From NCBI RefSeq assembly GCF_006345805.1, contig NC_043002.1, positions 107,694,001-107,758,000 of the forward strand: a stretch of DNA of 64,000 nt. The letters are read 5' to 3'. This DNA comes from Octopus sinensis (Eukaryota). Below, one piece after another: positions 1 to 11,998 of this stretch; within the stretch, counting starts at the first letter, position 1, and each line of letters starts with the position of its first letter. The notes below the pieces were generated by a model. The model had not been told where the DNA came from. It was given only the letters and a program-made list of their open reading frames with translations, and made no database searches. The translations under genes were made by a program, and so were the position numbers.

Positions 1-71
1 ATATGGATTAACGAATATGTTTTACTAGTGTCTATGTGTGCGTGCGTGTGTGTGTGTGTGTGTGGTGTAAG

Positions 72-365
72 ATGTATGATGATCTTTTTTTTTTACATGT
101 TTCAGTCATGTGACTGCTACCATTCTGGAGCAACTCCTTGAAGAGTTTTAGTCGAAGAAATAGACCCTAGGACTTATTTCAGAAGACTACTTCAAGGAAA
201 TTGTGTGTGTGTGTGTGTTGTGTGTGTGTGTAAGATGTATAATGATCTTTTTTTTACATGTTTCAGTCATGTGACTGCTGCCATTCTGGAGCAACGTCTT
301 GAAGAGTTTTAGTCGAAGAAATAGACCCTAGGACTTATTTTAGAAGACTACTGCAAGGAAATTAA
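72..365 (-). repeat. Tandem duplication (~165-bp unit) of a diverged SINE B 3' tail fragment plus (GT)n
   Basis: atgtat(g/a)atgatc...gtttcagtcatgtgactgc...gaagactac..caaggaaatt occurs at ~72-200 and ~235-362 and resembles the reverse complement of the SINE B tail. Confidence 0.7.
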
Positions 366-557
366 ATGCCGAATTGATATGCATTGAGTTTCCTTTTTAT
401 AGCCCCAGCTCAGATACTTTTCGATCAGACCTCGTAATTAACGTAAATAGCTACACATTTAACAAGCATTATTTTTTTATTTCTCTCTCTAGTTTCAGCT
501 CAGAGCTGCGGTCATGCTGATGCACCGCCGTTTATGGCCATTTGTCTATATTCATTC

Positions 558-958
558 TTTTCTACTCTCGGCACAAGGCCCGAAATTTTAGGGGAGGGGG
601 TCAGTCGATTAGATCGACCCCAGTACAGTACGCAACTGGTACTTAATTTATCGACCCTGAAAGGATGAAAGGCAAAGAGTATCTCTACAGAATTTGAACG
701 CAAAACGTAAGGACAGAAAAAATACCTATTTCTTTATTACCCACAAGGGGCTAAACATAGAGGGGACAAACAAGGACAGACATAGGTATTAAGTCGATTA
801 CATCGACCCCAGTGCGTAACTGGTACTTAATTTATCGACCCTGAAAGGATGAAAGGCAAAGAGTATCTCTACGGAATTTGAACACAAAATGTATGGACAG
901 AAGAAATACCGCTAAGCATTTCGTCCGGTGTGCTAACGTTTCTGCCAGCTCGCTGCCT
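558..958 (-). mobile_element. tRNA-derived SINE family A, dimeric form
   Basis: Minus strand: A-box-like TGGCAGAAACGTT head, degenerate B-box, and two copies of the central domain (ctttgcctttcatcctttc.gggtcgataaattaagtaccag). Confidence 0.85.
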
Positions 959-1195
959 TAATTTGTCTATATGGATTAAAGATTCTAAGTTAGCTTTGTA
1001 ACCTGCGTAAATGCAATCTTTCTGCAAGGATTAGTGCTAATAAAAAAAGGAATTAGCGGTGATAATGATTGTAAAAAATTCCATCGATCAGCTTTCAATG
1101 TCAAGATGTTGGTAGCCATGGGTTATGGAATGAACTTAACAACAACACGACTAACAACAACGGACCCCAGCGTTCCAACTGACACCTCAAATAAT

Positions 1196-1780
1196 CCTTT
1201 CTACTATAGACACAAGGCCTGAAATTTTTGGGGGAGGGGATAGTCGATTACATCGACCCCAATGTTTTACTGGTACTTAATTTATCGCTCCCGAAAGGAT
1301 GAAAGGCAAAGTCGACCACGGTGGTGTTTGAACTCAGAACGTTGCGTCAGTGAAATACCTATTCCTTTGCTACACACAAAGGGCTAAACACAGAGAGGAC
1401 AAACAAGGACAGACAAACGGATTAAGTCGGTTATATCGACCCCAGTGCGTAACTGGTACTTAATTTATCGACCTCGAGAAGATGAAAGGCAAAGTCGACC
1501 GCGGCGGAATTTGAAACTCAGAACGAAACGGCAGACGAAATACCTATTTCTTTATTACCCACAAGGGGCTAAACATAGAGGGGACAAACAAAGACAGACA
1601 TAGGTATTAAGTCGATTACATCGACCCCAGTGCGTAACTGGTACTTAATTTATCGACCCCGAAAGGATGAAAGGCAAAGTCGACCACGGCGGAATTTGAA
1701 ACTCAGAACGAAACGGCAGACGAAATACCGCTAAGCATTTCGCCCTGCGTTCTAACGTTTCTGCCAGCTCACCGCCTTTC
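1196..1780 (-). mobile_element. SINE family A, trimeric form with 14-bp TSD
   Basis: Three central-domain units; ACACCTCAAATAAT at 1182-1195 and 1781-1794. Confidence 0.85.
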
Positions 1781-3405
1781 ACACCTCAAATAATGGCGGC
1801 ATTACAACAAAACAAAGAATATTTCATTCTAATTGTTAATTAATTTTTGTATATGCAAGTTGGCTTGACTCGAGATTGTCCACTCATTTCTTTTTTTTTT
1901 TTTTTTTCTTAACCTTTCTTATTTAAGGATAACTCAATAAAATGTGACAGTCTTTGGGTAGATATACTCTCACGAAGATGGTCTGACACCGAGTCATCCA
2001 CGAGATGAAGCTAAAACCTAACGTGGAAATATGCAAAAGATTTCAACATGTTCAACTTCCATTTCCAGCTATTTCAAGACCAACAGAAAACGTTTTGTAA
2101 GTTAGTAACCATTTTTGATATTTTATTTCTGGTTTTGGTTTCTTTTTAAGAATGATAAAGAATACAGATACACATGGTTATAAATATTACATATGCACAC
2201 GTCTATACGTTTCCACTTCATATTGAGGTCTGTTTATATAGCAAGATAGGCTATAAATATCCAGAGCGCTAAAAGAAACCTCTAAATATTCAGAAAATAT
2301 GTTCCTGTGAGATATGGAAAGTATTTTGGTATTTGACCAGTACAAAGGTTTGTGCTTAACGTTAAACCGTGAAAGAATGATGATTCACAAAATAACAAAG
2401 ACCGCCCTATCTCTCCACTTTTAATCAATAAAAGTATACATATATATGTATATATACATAAACATATATATATGTGTGTGTGTTTATATATATATACATA
2501 TTTATATACATGCGTATGTTTATATTACTGTATAAATAATATGTACATATAATATCTCGATGTGTGAGATGAGTTGCTGTTCACAAGGTTATCATTTTTC
2601 AAACGATTAACTTCAGCTAAAGAGGTGAAACATTTTTCAAATATTTCGATGTACATAGAACAGGAGGGAATTAGTCCGATCGGTAGAGCTTCCGACAAAA
2701 TGACTTGTGGTATTTAGTTACATCTCTTTACATTCTCAGTTCAAATTCTGCTGGGGGTCGACTGTACCTGGTATGATAAAATAAAATATGATTTAAATAC
2801 TTAAGGCGATATGATCTATTTTGCTCATTCCCAAAATTTGAGGTTCTATGTTTCAATCATTAACATTAGGCAAAGTCGGTAGGCAACAAAAAGGCTAAAT
2901 TGCGATGTTTAAGTATCCTTTATCTTCGGGGCTGAATTCCGAGAAAGTAGACTTCATATTTCATCCTTCCAGAGTTAATCAAATAAATACCATTTCAGTA
3001 CTATGGTCGACTGTTGCCCACCCTACAAGTTTTTGGCCTTTCACCTATGTTGATCAATTGCAATCCCCCCAAAAGTTCTTTCTACGCCGGGCGAAATGCT
3101 TAGCGGTATTTCGTCTGCCGCTACGTTCTGAGTTCAAATTCCGTCAAGGACGACTTCTCTGAATTCTCCGCAATGCCAATTGTGAAGCTCGCAGTCTTAT
3201 CATTAAAGGTGCGAAACTGTATATTAGCAATTGGTTGATAACTGATGAAGAATTACGGACCTCCTGTGTTTGTCTCCCGTCTGGTTTTACAGTCGGTATT
3301 CGTTATGTCGTTTGGTTATTTACCATATATTTTTTGTTCCTTTATTAATTAATGGAACGCAACTCATCGAATTTGTATTAACAAGTTTTTCTATATACCC
3401 GTGTG

Positions 3406-3439
<34 letters not shown>

Positions 3440-3534
3440 TGCTTTCCTTCTTTCCCCTTTTCTTTCTCTCACCCTCCCACTCCTATTCTAGCCTTTTCCC
3501 TTTTTCCCTTTATATATATATTTATACATATGCT

Positions 3535-3849
3535 GAGACCCCCTCCGGTCATGAATGACCATGGGATTGCACCTAGAGAGTTACCCTCCGAGGCACAAGT
3601 CCGGGCAAGGTTGTTTATGGAAGGCTAGCAGTCGCCCATGCATACCACGCCACTGATGTTATCCAAGGGAAAGGTAAAGGGGCCGATACAGCTTGGCACC
3701 TATGACGTCGCAACTCATTTCTACAGATAGAGCAACGTGAAATAAAGTGTCTTGCTCAAGAACACAACACGCAGCCCGGTCCGGGAATCGAACTCGCAAC
3801 CTCACAATCGTAAGCTCGACGCTCTGACCACTGAGCCATGCGCCTTCAC
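3535..3849 (-). mobile_element. tRNA-derived SINE family D (CORE-like body), full length
   Basis: Minus strand: A box TGGCTCAGTGG (3829-3839) and B box GAGTTCGATTCCC (3783-3795), then cttgagcaagacac; homologous to 6063-6285 and 27678-27930. Confidence 0.85.
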
Positions 3850-4412
3850 ACACATATATGTATGTATATATATATATGAGTGTGTGTGTGTATGTGTGTG
3901 TGTATGAGAGAGAGAGGGGGGCGATATTCACACGTTATGCTTCCATCTCCGGCCAAAATTCAAGGTTAGAGTGATGTCACTGATGGTCATCAGCGCAAAG
4001 ATAATGAATCTTCGGGGAATACTGGGCTTATCATCCCGTTTACAGTATTCCTGTAACATAAATATGCCGGGATTTTTTTTTTTTTTTTTTTGCTGATGCA
4101 CTAAAATATCAACGCGGCAGCGTCTCTGCAATGAGAATTGACATCAAATTGCATCTTGGAATTTTCTGCATTCAGTTAGGAAAAAAAAAGACAAAGAAAC
4201 GATTAAACTGATACCAAAACTTAGCATTCTGTCATTTTACCGACCCCATCCCCGCCCCAGGAGCCTTAGGTGCAAACTTGATCCTGGTACTGTTTGTACG
4301 ATATGGAATCTATGAAGTGACGTCACTCCACGGAGCATTTGATTCATCCTTCAACTGTTCCTCTTAATCCTTTAATCCGATCCATTTCACTATATCGTAT
4401 TATTGACATGAA

Positions 4413-4860
4413 GGTGGTGTACTGGCAGAATCGCTTGCACGCCGGATGAAATGCTTAGCGGTATTTCGTCTGCCGCTACGTTCTGAGTTCAAATTCTGCC
4501 GAGGTTGACTTTGCCTGTCATCCTTTCGGGGGTAAATATATTAAGTACCTATTTCTTTATTACCCACAAGGGGCTAAACGCAGAGGGGACAAACAAGGAC
4601 AGACATAGGTATTAAGTCGATTACATCGACCCCAGTGCGTAACTGGTACTTAATTTATCAACCCCGAAAGGATGAAAGGCAAAGTCGACCTCGGCGGAAT
4701 TTGAACTCACAACGTAACGCAGACGAAATACCGCTAAGCATTTCGCCCGGCGTGCTAACGTTTCTGCCAGCTCGCCGCCTTATATTAAGTACCAGTTGCG
4801 TACTGGGGTCGATTAGATTGACCCCCCCCCCAGTACGCAACAAAATCTAGGCCTTGTGTG
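4413..4860 (+). mobile_element. SINE A host copy interrupted by a nested antisense SINE A monomer
   Basis: Head at 4413-4549 resumes at 4781; 13-bp TSD TATATTAAGTACC at 4537-4549 and 4781-4793. Confidence 0.85.
4550..4780 (-). mobile_element. SINE A monomer (nested insertion)
   Basis: Complete head to the AAAGAAATAGG 3' end, bounded by the TSD. Confidence 0.9.
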
Positions 4861-4944
4861 TATGTGTGTGTGTGTGTGTGTGTGCGTGTATAATATATAT
4901 ATATGGTCCAAGCGTTACTCTCTATTCTCGTCTTCTTGGCCCTA

Positions 4945-5157
4945 AACTCTTTACTCTTTTATTTGTTTCAGTCATTTGACTGCGGCTATGCTGGACCACC
5001 GCCTTTAATCGAGCAACTCGACCCCGGGACTTATTCTTTTGTAAGCCCAGTACTTATTCTATCGGTCTCTTTTGCCGAACCGCTAAGTGACGGGGACATA
5101 AACACACCAGCATCGGTTGTCAAGCAAAGCTAGGGGACAAACACAGACACACAAAGA
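4945..5157 (-). mobile_element. SINE family B, 3' half
   Basis: actctttactctttt...gtttcagtcatttgactgcggc...gccgaaccgctaag, matching 12793-13205 in reverse. Confidence 0.85.
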
Positions 5158-5852
5158 CTATATTTTGCTCATCTGTTCATCCTTGTCCACCGCCCTGAAT
5201 CACACGCTGTGTCATTTTGTTTTGTTTTATTTGCTCTTGGCCCTGAATTCTCCGCAGTGCGGACCTCCCCCCCCCAAAAGAATCTAGGCCTTGTGCCTAT
5301 AGTAGAAAGGATTATTGACACAAAGAATGAGGTAATTGTGTCAAAGAATAAAACTAATTGAATTGTGCTAGTACATGACATAGAATTACCTTTTGAGCAA
5401 CTTCATAACTAGAGTTACAATTTTAAACGTCGGAGACGAACAGATTGCAAAGAGAGATAACTAAGGAATGTCACGAAACACGCCTAGCATATTTACCGTT
5501 CTTGACGTCTCATCCTTCTTGTGAAATAAATGTAGAATAAAAGACTTCGAAAATACATTCCTTCTTAGTTGACCGTCAATATCATGCAATTCCCACGAAT
5601 AAACAATCTTTCTTTATGTTCATAGGAAAGAAGTCACACATGATCAGACGGGATAATCTCACTGATCTCTGACTGAAGTTTCTGCCAAACATTCCGGTAT
5701 TGCTCAACACTGTCGTTTTTGTCAGCTGAAGAGTCGATTGCAACGATGTTGACGATGATGGCGTTCAAAAAAACACGCACGCACACACACAAGCAAATAT
5801 ATATATATATATACGTATATGTATACAAGGTTATATATGTATATATATATAT

Positions 5853-5885
<33 letters not shown>

Positions 5886-6025
5886 AACAGACAAAGAGAG
5901 AGAGAGGGAGTATGAAGAATATGTGCATTTAAGTGTACATAGAGAAAGAAAGAGATGGATTAGTATATACCTAAAGGCGTACATTTGTATACACACACAC
6001 CACACACACACACATACACACATAT

Positions 6026-6056
<31 letters not shown>

Positions 6057-6062
6057 TTTTTT

Positions 6063-6285
6063 AAGACCCCTTCGGTCATGAATGACCATGGGATTGCACC
6101 TAGAAAGTTACCCTCCTAGACACAAGTCTGGCAAGGTTGTTATGGAGACCAGCAGGTCGCCCATGCATACGGCCTCCCCTCTCCACGACACCAGTGTTAT
6201 CCAATGGAAAGACAAAGGTCGATACAGTGGCACCAGTGACGTCGCAACTCATTTCTACAGCTGAGTGAACTGGAGCAACGTGAAA
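6063..6285 (-). mobile_element. SINE family D, 5'-truncated
   Basis: Homologous to 3535-3740. Confidence 0.85.
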
Positions 6286-6296
6286 TATATATATAT

Positions 6297-7345
6297 ATTT
6301 TCGCAGGAGGAAGTTTTCTTCGAAGTATACGTCTCGCTTTTATCCTTCGAAACGTTTAGTAGATGAAACCTTAGCGACTGAAGAGGGGATTTTTCGTTGT
6401 GCTTATTGTCCTGTATCTCTTTTTTTGCTTGTCTTGTTCCTTGGTTTGTGTCTGTTTTTCGTCTCTCTATGTGTTCGACGTCTTTTTGGTGTCCTGTACA
6501 TAATATGCGTGTATATGTACATGTAGAGGTAGGTACGTACATATATGTTTATATTATCATATGTTCTATTTTATTAACATATTATACACTAAACGCACGC
6601 ACCCTATTAAGTAAGATTGTTCTGTTTATCAGTTAGCCTTGATATTAACTCTCACGCGACTCTGCACCCTTTCTTTCTCTCCATTCCCTTTTTCGTCTTT
6701 TTTCCCTCACTTAACTTGTCTCTTCCTCTCTCTCTCTCTCTCTCTCTCCCTCACCGTTCTTCATGGTCTCCTCGCACCATCCCCTTCTTCTCTCTCTTCC
6801 TCTTGCTCCCCTCCCCCATTCCGTCGTCCATCTGCGACGATACTTCCGTCGTAACTGCTATCCGTCTTTTCTTGCCCGCCTTCTAAGGCTACTGGTCGAC
6901 ATTCTTTCTCTCTCGTCGTCCACTATAATCCAGCGTTTGCAATACTTTTTTCGTCTGGCGTAAAAGCCCTTCTTATCTTGTTCTCCTTGTCCTGTCTCTC
7001 ACTGTTATATATTTATTTTTCCACTGTTTATATATATATTTTTTTACTGTTTTATGTTTGTACTGTCGTTACCGTCTTGCTTTTTTTACCCCTCTGCGAA
7101 AAGATCTCAGAATTTTAATTGATTTGCTTTTCGCAGGAGGAAGTTTTTCGAAGTATACGTCTCGCTTTTATCCTTCGAAACGTTTAGTAGATGAAACCTT
7201 AGCGACTGAAGAAGGGGATTTTTCGTTGTGCTTATTGTCCTGTATCTCTTTTTTTGCTTGTCTTGTTCCTTGGTTTGTGTCTATGTTTTTCGTCTCTCTA
7301 TGTGTTCGACGTCTTTTTGGTGTCCTGTACACATATATGCGTGTA
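6297..7345 (+). mobile_element. Two ~235-bp direct repeats (6297-6535, 7128-7345), pseudo-LTR-like, possibly Penelope-derived
   Basis: ttttcgcaggaggaag...gtatatgtacatg repeated ~830 bp apart; contains CGAAACGT and CTGAAGA motifs. Confidence 0.5.
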
Positions 7346-7409
7346 TATGTACATGCTCGGACAAATTATAGGCTCTTTATTTGATTTTTTTAATTAAAAA
7401 TAAAAAAAT

Positions 7410-7510
7410 ATTGCTTGACTTTATATATTATTAGATTCACTTCTTTAAAAAGTTTCTCAATGTCAGCTTCCGGTATTAACGTAAAAACAGCGATGTCTGT
7501 CCCTGTCTAA
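7410..7510 (-). pseudogene. Possible decayed DNA transposase C-terminal (hAT-like dimerisation) fragment
   Basis: Minus frame TGTDIAVFTLIPEADIEKLFKEVNLIIYKVKQ loosely resembles VLxLPxSNAxxERxFSxVNLIK. Confidence 0.25.
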
Positions 7511-8262
7511 TTTTTAATGTTTTCATTTCAAGTTTTAATTCGCTATTTGTAAACAACTACGATAAATTATTGAAAGAAATATTTACAAAAGTTCACAAAT
7601 TTAAATATTCGGTACAAAGTAGTTTTTAACGTGCTTTTATTTATACGACTTTTTCATTCCATGTCTATCTCATTCATTATTTGCAATGTTCTCTCTCTCT
7701 CTCTCCCCCCTCTCTCTCTCTCACACACACGCACACACATACACACCAGGTTTGATTTCTTTCTTACACAAATATCACGTTAAAATTTTGCAATTCAACA
7801 TGGGGCGTCCAAAAAAATATGGCTATTATTTTGCCTGACCTCACACATTTCGTTAATTTCCGTAAAAAAAATTTATTTATTTTATTTTTCACGCCGTGTT
7901 CAGATCTATGTATTTGTAGTCAGTCATACACGCACACGTGTGTTTTGTATGTACGTTTGTATACACTTATGTATGTGTGTGTGTGTGAGTGAGAGCGAAG
8001 GGTGTGTTGTCATGTATACGTACATACATAAATACATATGCATACATCTTTTTTGTATGTGTGTGTGTGAAAGAGAGAGAGAGAGTGATGTCTAAGTGGC
8101 TCTCTCTCTCTCACACACACACATACACACACACTGGCGCACACATACATTCAAGAAAGATATATGTCTATTTATTTATATATGTACGTATACATAACAA
8201 CACACCCATTCACTCACACATGTGTCTATTTCACCTGATTTTTGATACTGTATGTATATGTA

Positions 8263-8334
<72 letters not shown>

Positions 8335-8344
8335 ACTGAGTGAG

Positions 8345-9050
8345 TCTGTGTGCGGTGTTCCACAATCGTCAGAAAAAAGCGGTGAAATTTTCATTCTTGA
8401 TGCTCCTGATAACACAGGTAAAACGTTTGTAACATCATTGCTCCTCTCCAAGGTACGGCAACAAAAAAAGAATTTCATTTGTGGTAGCATCTTCTGACAT
8501 TCCTGCCCCCATCGTCCCAGGAGGACGAACAGCTCATTCTGCTATTAAATTACCTCTAAACTTGGTCACAAGTGACAGTTCAATTTGTAACATAAGCAAA
8601 GATTCAGGTTTGGCAGAAGTGTTGTGCCAATGCCACCTTGTTCATTTTGGATGAACGCACCATGTCACATAGAAGTGCAATGGAAGCTCTAGGTAAGACC
8701 TTACAGGATATCAGTGGCAATAATAAATCTATGGGAGGAGTTACATTAGTTTTATCAGAAGACTTGAGACAGACATTAATAGTCATTCTGAGACGAACAA
8801 GATCTGATAAAATAAAATCATGCATTAAGTCTTCACACCTCTGGAATAAAGTACAGAATTTCTCCTCCAATAATAACGTGCGACCTTCATTATATGGGGA
8901 CCAATGTGCAGAGCAGTTATCAACCTGGTTCCTTCAATTAGGAAATGATGATGTGATATTTGATGGAAATGGTGATATCTATTTGGCTCATATTGCTATC
9001 ATGGGGAATTCTCCAGCTGAATTCAAGACTGGTTTTCTCAAGAAATTCTT
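8345..9050 (+). pseudogene. Helitron PIF1-family helicase fragment (frameshifted)
   Basis: Motifs ILDAPDNTGKTF (Walker A), GGRTAHS, ILDE, MGGVTLVLSEDLRQTL and IKSSHLW across two frames. Confidence 0.9.
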
Positions 9051-9123
9051 CCAGTGCATTCTGTATGTTTATGGAACATCTTGCGCGCATGCACGCACAC
9101 ATACACACACACACAGACACACA

Positions 9124-9156
<33 letters not shown>

Positions 9157-9245
9157 ACACACAACTAACACACATATGCACATACACATACACACACATA
9201 CAGAAACACATACACAAACACTCACACACACACACACACACACCA

Positions 9246-9316
<71 letters not shown>

Positions 9317-10659
9317 GTTTGTTGAACCTGTTAGAAATAGCAGCGAAATTTTCAAATCATTTTCTATTGTTTAAAAAACAAGAATTCTCTGAGGTATAGC
9401 AAGACTAAAAGACAATTTGGCTGTTATTTCTAGCATATCGAACGACTAAATAAAGTGCATATGTACTTTGGAATATTTAATTGTGTATTTTTAATTATGT
9501 GCCTAGAGGTGTTTAAAATGTATTTTAAACTAATTTAATTGTCACAATCTGTTTTTCAATACAAATTGTATTTTGAAATGATTCGATTGTAATATAATAC
9601 CTTGGAATTTGGTTTTGTGCCAAAAACTTGAAAGCAATAAATTGCTTTGGAATTCAATGCAATGTAAAAGGAAAAACGCATTTTACACTTTTTAAAAAAA
9701 AAATGGATGCACCATATAACTGACAAATGTTCTTTTGTAAGAACTCAAGTCTCCCCATGTTTTGCATGGTGAACGATTGGCTCCATTTTGCTTATTTGCC
9801 ATCCATTTATAAAGACGAGTTCCTTGCTGATGTGTTAAAGATTTCGTTGATTCTTTCTCTTCATGAGAAAAAGCAACCTAAACAGAATAGCGTGCACCTT
9901 TGAAAAACCAAAAGGTGTAATTATTTTAAATAATTTTATAAAAAGTTTTAAACTAACTTACAGCAGGCTTTGTGCACCAATAAACAACATTACTTAAGGT
10001 TACAACATAATATTGAAGGAATCGAATATTTTGGCCATTTACTTCATTAAGATCACGAGATTGAAAACAAAAGGGACTTGAATATTTACCCGGCAATTGT
10101 TATACTTTCCGTGCTGTTGTCAATGCCTCTATCTTGACTAGAATCGATCTTTTGCGGTCTTTATTCAAACTACTTGTCGACTGACTATTGTTGAAAATAA
10201 TATAAAATTTATTGCGATTCATTCCTATTTATTAAGGTATTGTCAATGCTTAAGAATCAACTAAATTTATAGATTTTCATTACGGTGGATTTATTGTATG
10301 GCTTGGCTTTCTATAGATTGTGGCTCCTTATTTTATTATTTATTCGGAACAGTGCTTGTAATCAATTTGTTTCTTTTATCACAAGAAGTACCCATTGTTG
10401 GTGTGAAATCTTTCTTTGCTATATTTACTCGCCCGAACACGTTTGTTGTTAGTCACATGTAATCATCCTTGTTGCGAAATTGATCCGGTAATATCAATAT
10501 TACTGTACACAGACAGTGACTTACAACAATGGACGGCACAATGTGGCGTGGGTTTAGATCTTAATATTTGAATTTCAATCACGAAAGTTCTTTTTTTGGT
10601 ATAGTTTAACCAAGAAAAAGCTGTGACTGTGACATTCGTAGGTCCTTTAAGGCTGGTGA

Positions 10660-10910
10660 GAATGATGGATGTGTTTTTTAAACCATCTGTAGTCAATGTC
10701 TACAGGAAAAACTAGGGAGGGAATTCCATAGGGATGGTATTTTGAGGTGGAAGGATTTGTTTGTAAGACCTGTGTAGTGATGCACAATGTAAGCGATGAA
10801 AGAAGACGAGATGCGTGATAGGTTTGGCTGGACGTCGCTTGTTAGCTCTGACGAACAGAGACTGTAGCAGTAGTACTAGTAGTAAAGCGAGACAGCACAA
10901 GTGTAGCTTG
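10660..10910 (-). pseudogene. CR1/Jockey-group LINE ORF2 C-terminal fragment
   Basis: Minus frame SLYY*YYCYSLCSSEL...KSFHLKIPSLWNSLP. Confidence 0.55.
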
Positions 10911-10999
10911 GAGGCTAAAGTATGTTAAGGGGTGAGTTTTCGACACTCAGCTAAATGTATATATTTAACGTTAAATTCCTCATAATGGGGCTGGATTTA

Positions 11000-11498
11000 T
11001 GGCTTTGACATTTGTACTACCCCTTCCTCTATCCATAAATAGATAAAATTCTTGTTTGTTTCCATTGAACCAAATAAGGAACTCCTCCCTATTGATAAAT
11101 CTAAATAACAAAGTGAACTCAGTGATTAAATATCTGCCCATGGAGAAGGACCTTCTACTACCATGTTCTTAATGATGAAATTAACCTCTCTGTCTATATA
11201 TCTACCCTCTTTGTAAAATGTTGGCAAATGGAATATGTATAAAAATGTACATTGTCTATTTAATTAAAAAATTCTATATATGGCTGAAGATTGCTCTACA
11301 TTTTAAAGCTGATGTAATACTTGCATTGTTTAATAAAATGAAGTAGCACGAAACGATTGTACTACACTACCTTGGATATCCTTGTCGCCTATTTTGATTA
11401 TAATCACCCCATTTGATTTATATGGATAATACCAAAACCAAATTCTGGTGCCTTTAAATTAAGTACCATATTCATCTGAATCTAAATTTTGCTGAACT
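11000..11498 (+). mobile_element. Penelope-like terminal repeat fragment (family H) carrying a hammerhead motif
   Basis: Homologous to 18900-19145; its end aattctggtg...ttttgctgaac also occurs at 18193-18255 and, inverted, at 18559-18620; ends in (TA)n. Confidence 0.6.
11281..11364 (+). ncRNA. Type I hammerhead ribozyme motif with long stem II
   Basis: UGG-CUGAAGA-long stem II-GAA-ACGAUUGU-A-CUA. Confidence 0.7.
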
Positions 11499-11530
11499 TA
11501 TATATGTATGTATGCATGTATATATATATA

Positions 11531-11575
<45 letters not shown>

Positions 11576-11615
11576 GTATGTATGTATGTAGTATGTATGT
11601 ATGTATGTATGTATG

Positions 11616-11649
<34 letters not shown>

Positions 11650-11697
11650 TGTATGTATGTATGTATGTATGTATGTATGTGTGTGTGTCTGTGTGTA

Positions 11698-11955
11698 TTA
11701 GGCTGGTGCATAATTATTGCGGCTTTTTTTCAATAAATTTTATTCAACAAAAACAATAACAACATTAAGCAAAAATATATTTAAAGGATTATTCCGACTG
11801 TCTGCCAAGCAAATGGGAAACAGTAATTGAAGTAGATGGTGAATATGCTCCGGAATAATCATTTAAAGATGTTTTTGTTAAATGTTGTCACTGTTTCTGT
11901 TGAATAAAATTTAGTGAAGAAAAAAAATGCCGCAATAATTATGCACCAAACCTAA
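11698..11955 (+). mobile_element. Internally deleted mariner (MITE-like) with TA TSD
   Basis: TIRs ttagg(c/t)tggtgcataattattgcggc, TA on both sides; retains transposase C-terminus KWETVIEVDGEYAPE*. Confidence 0.9.
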
Positions 11956-11966
11956 TAAGTATGTAT

Positions 11967-11998
<32 letters not shown>

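Noticed and set aside
3780-3849. tRNA-like A and B boxes (also in families A, B and C)
   Set aside because: No complete cloverleaf; they continue into repeated SINE bodies, so they are not tRNA genes
10844-10870. CTGACGA followed by a CAG-AGA-CTG hairpin
   Set aside because: No GAAA follows, and it is the antisense of a CR1-type coding relic
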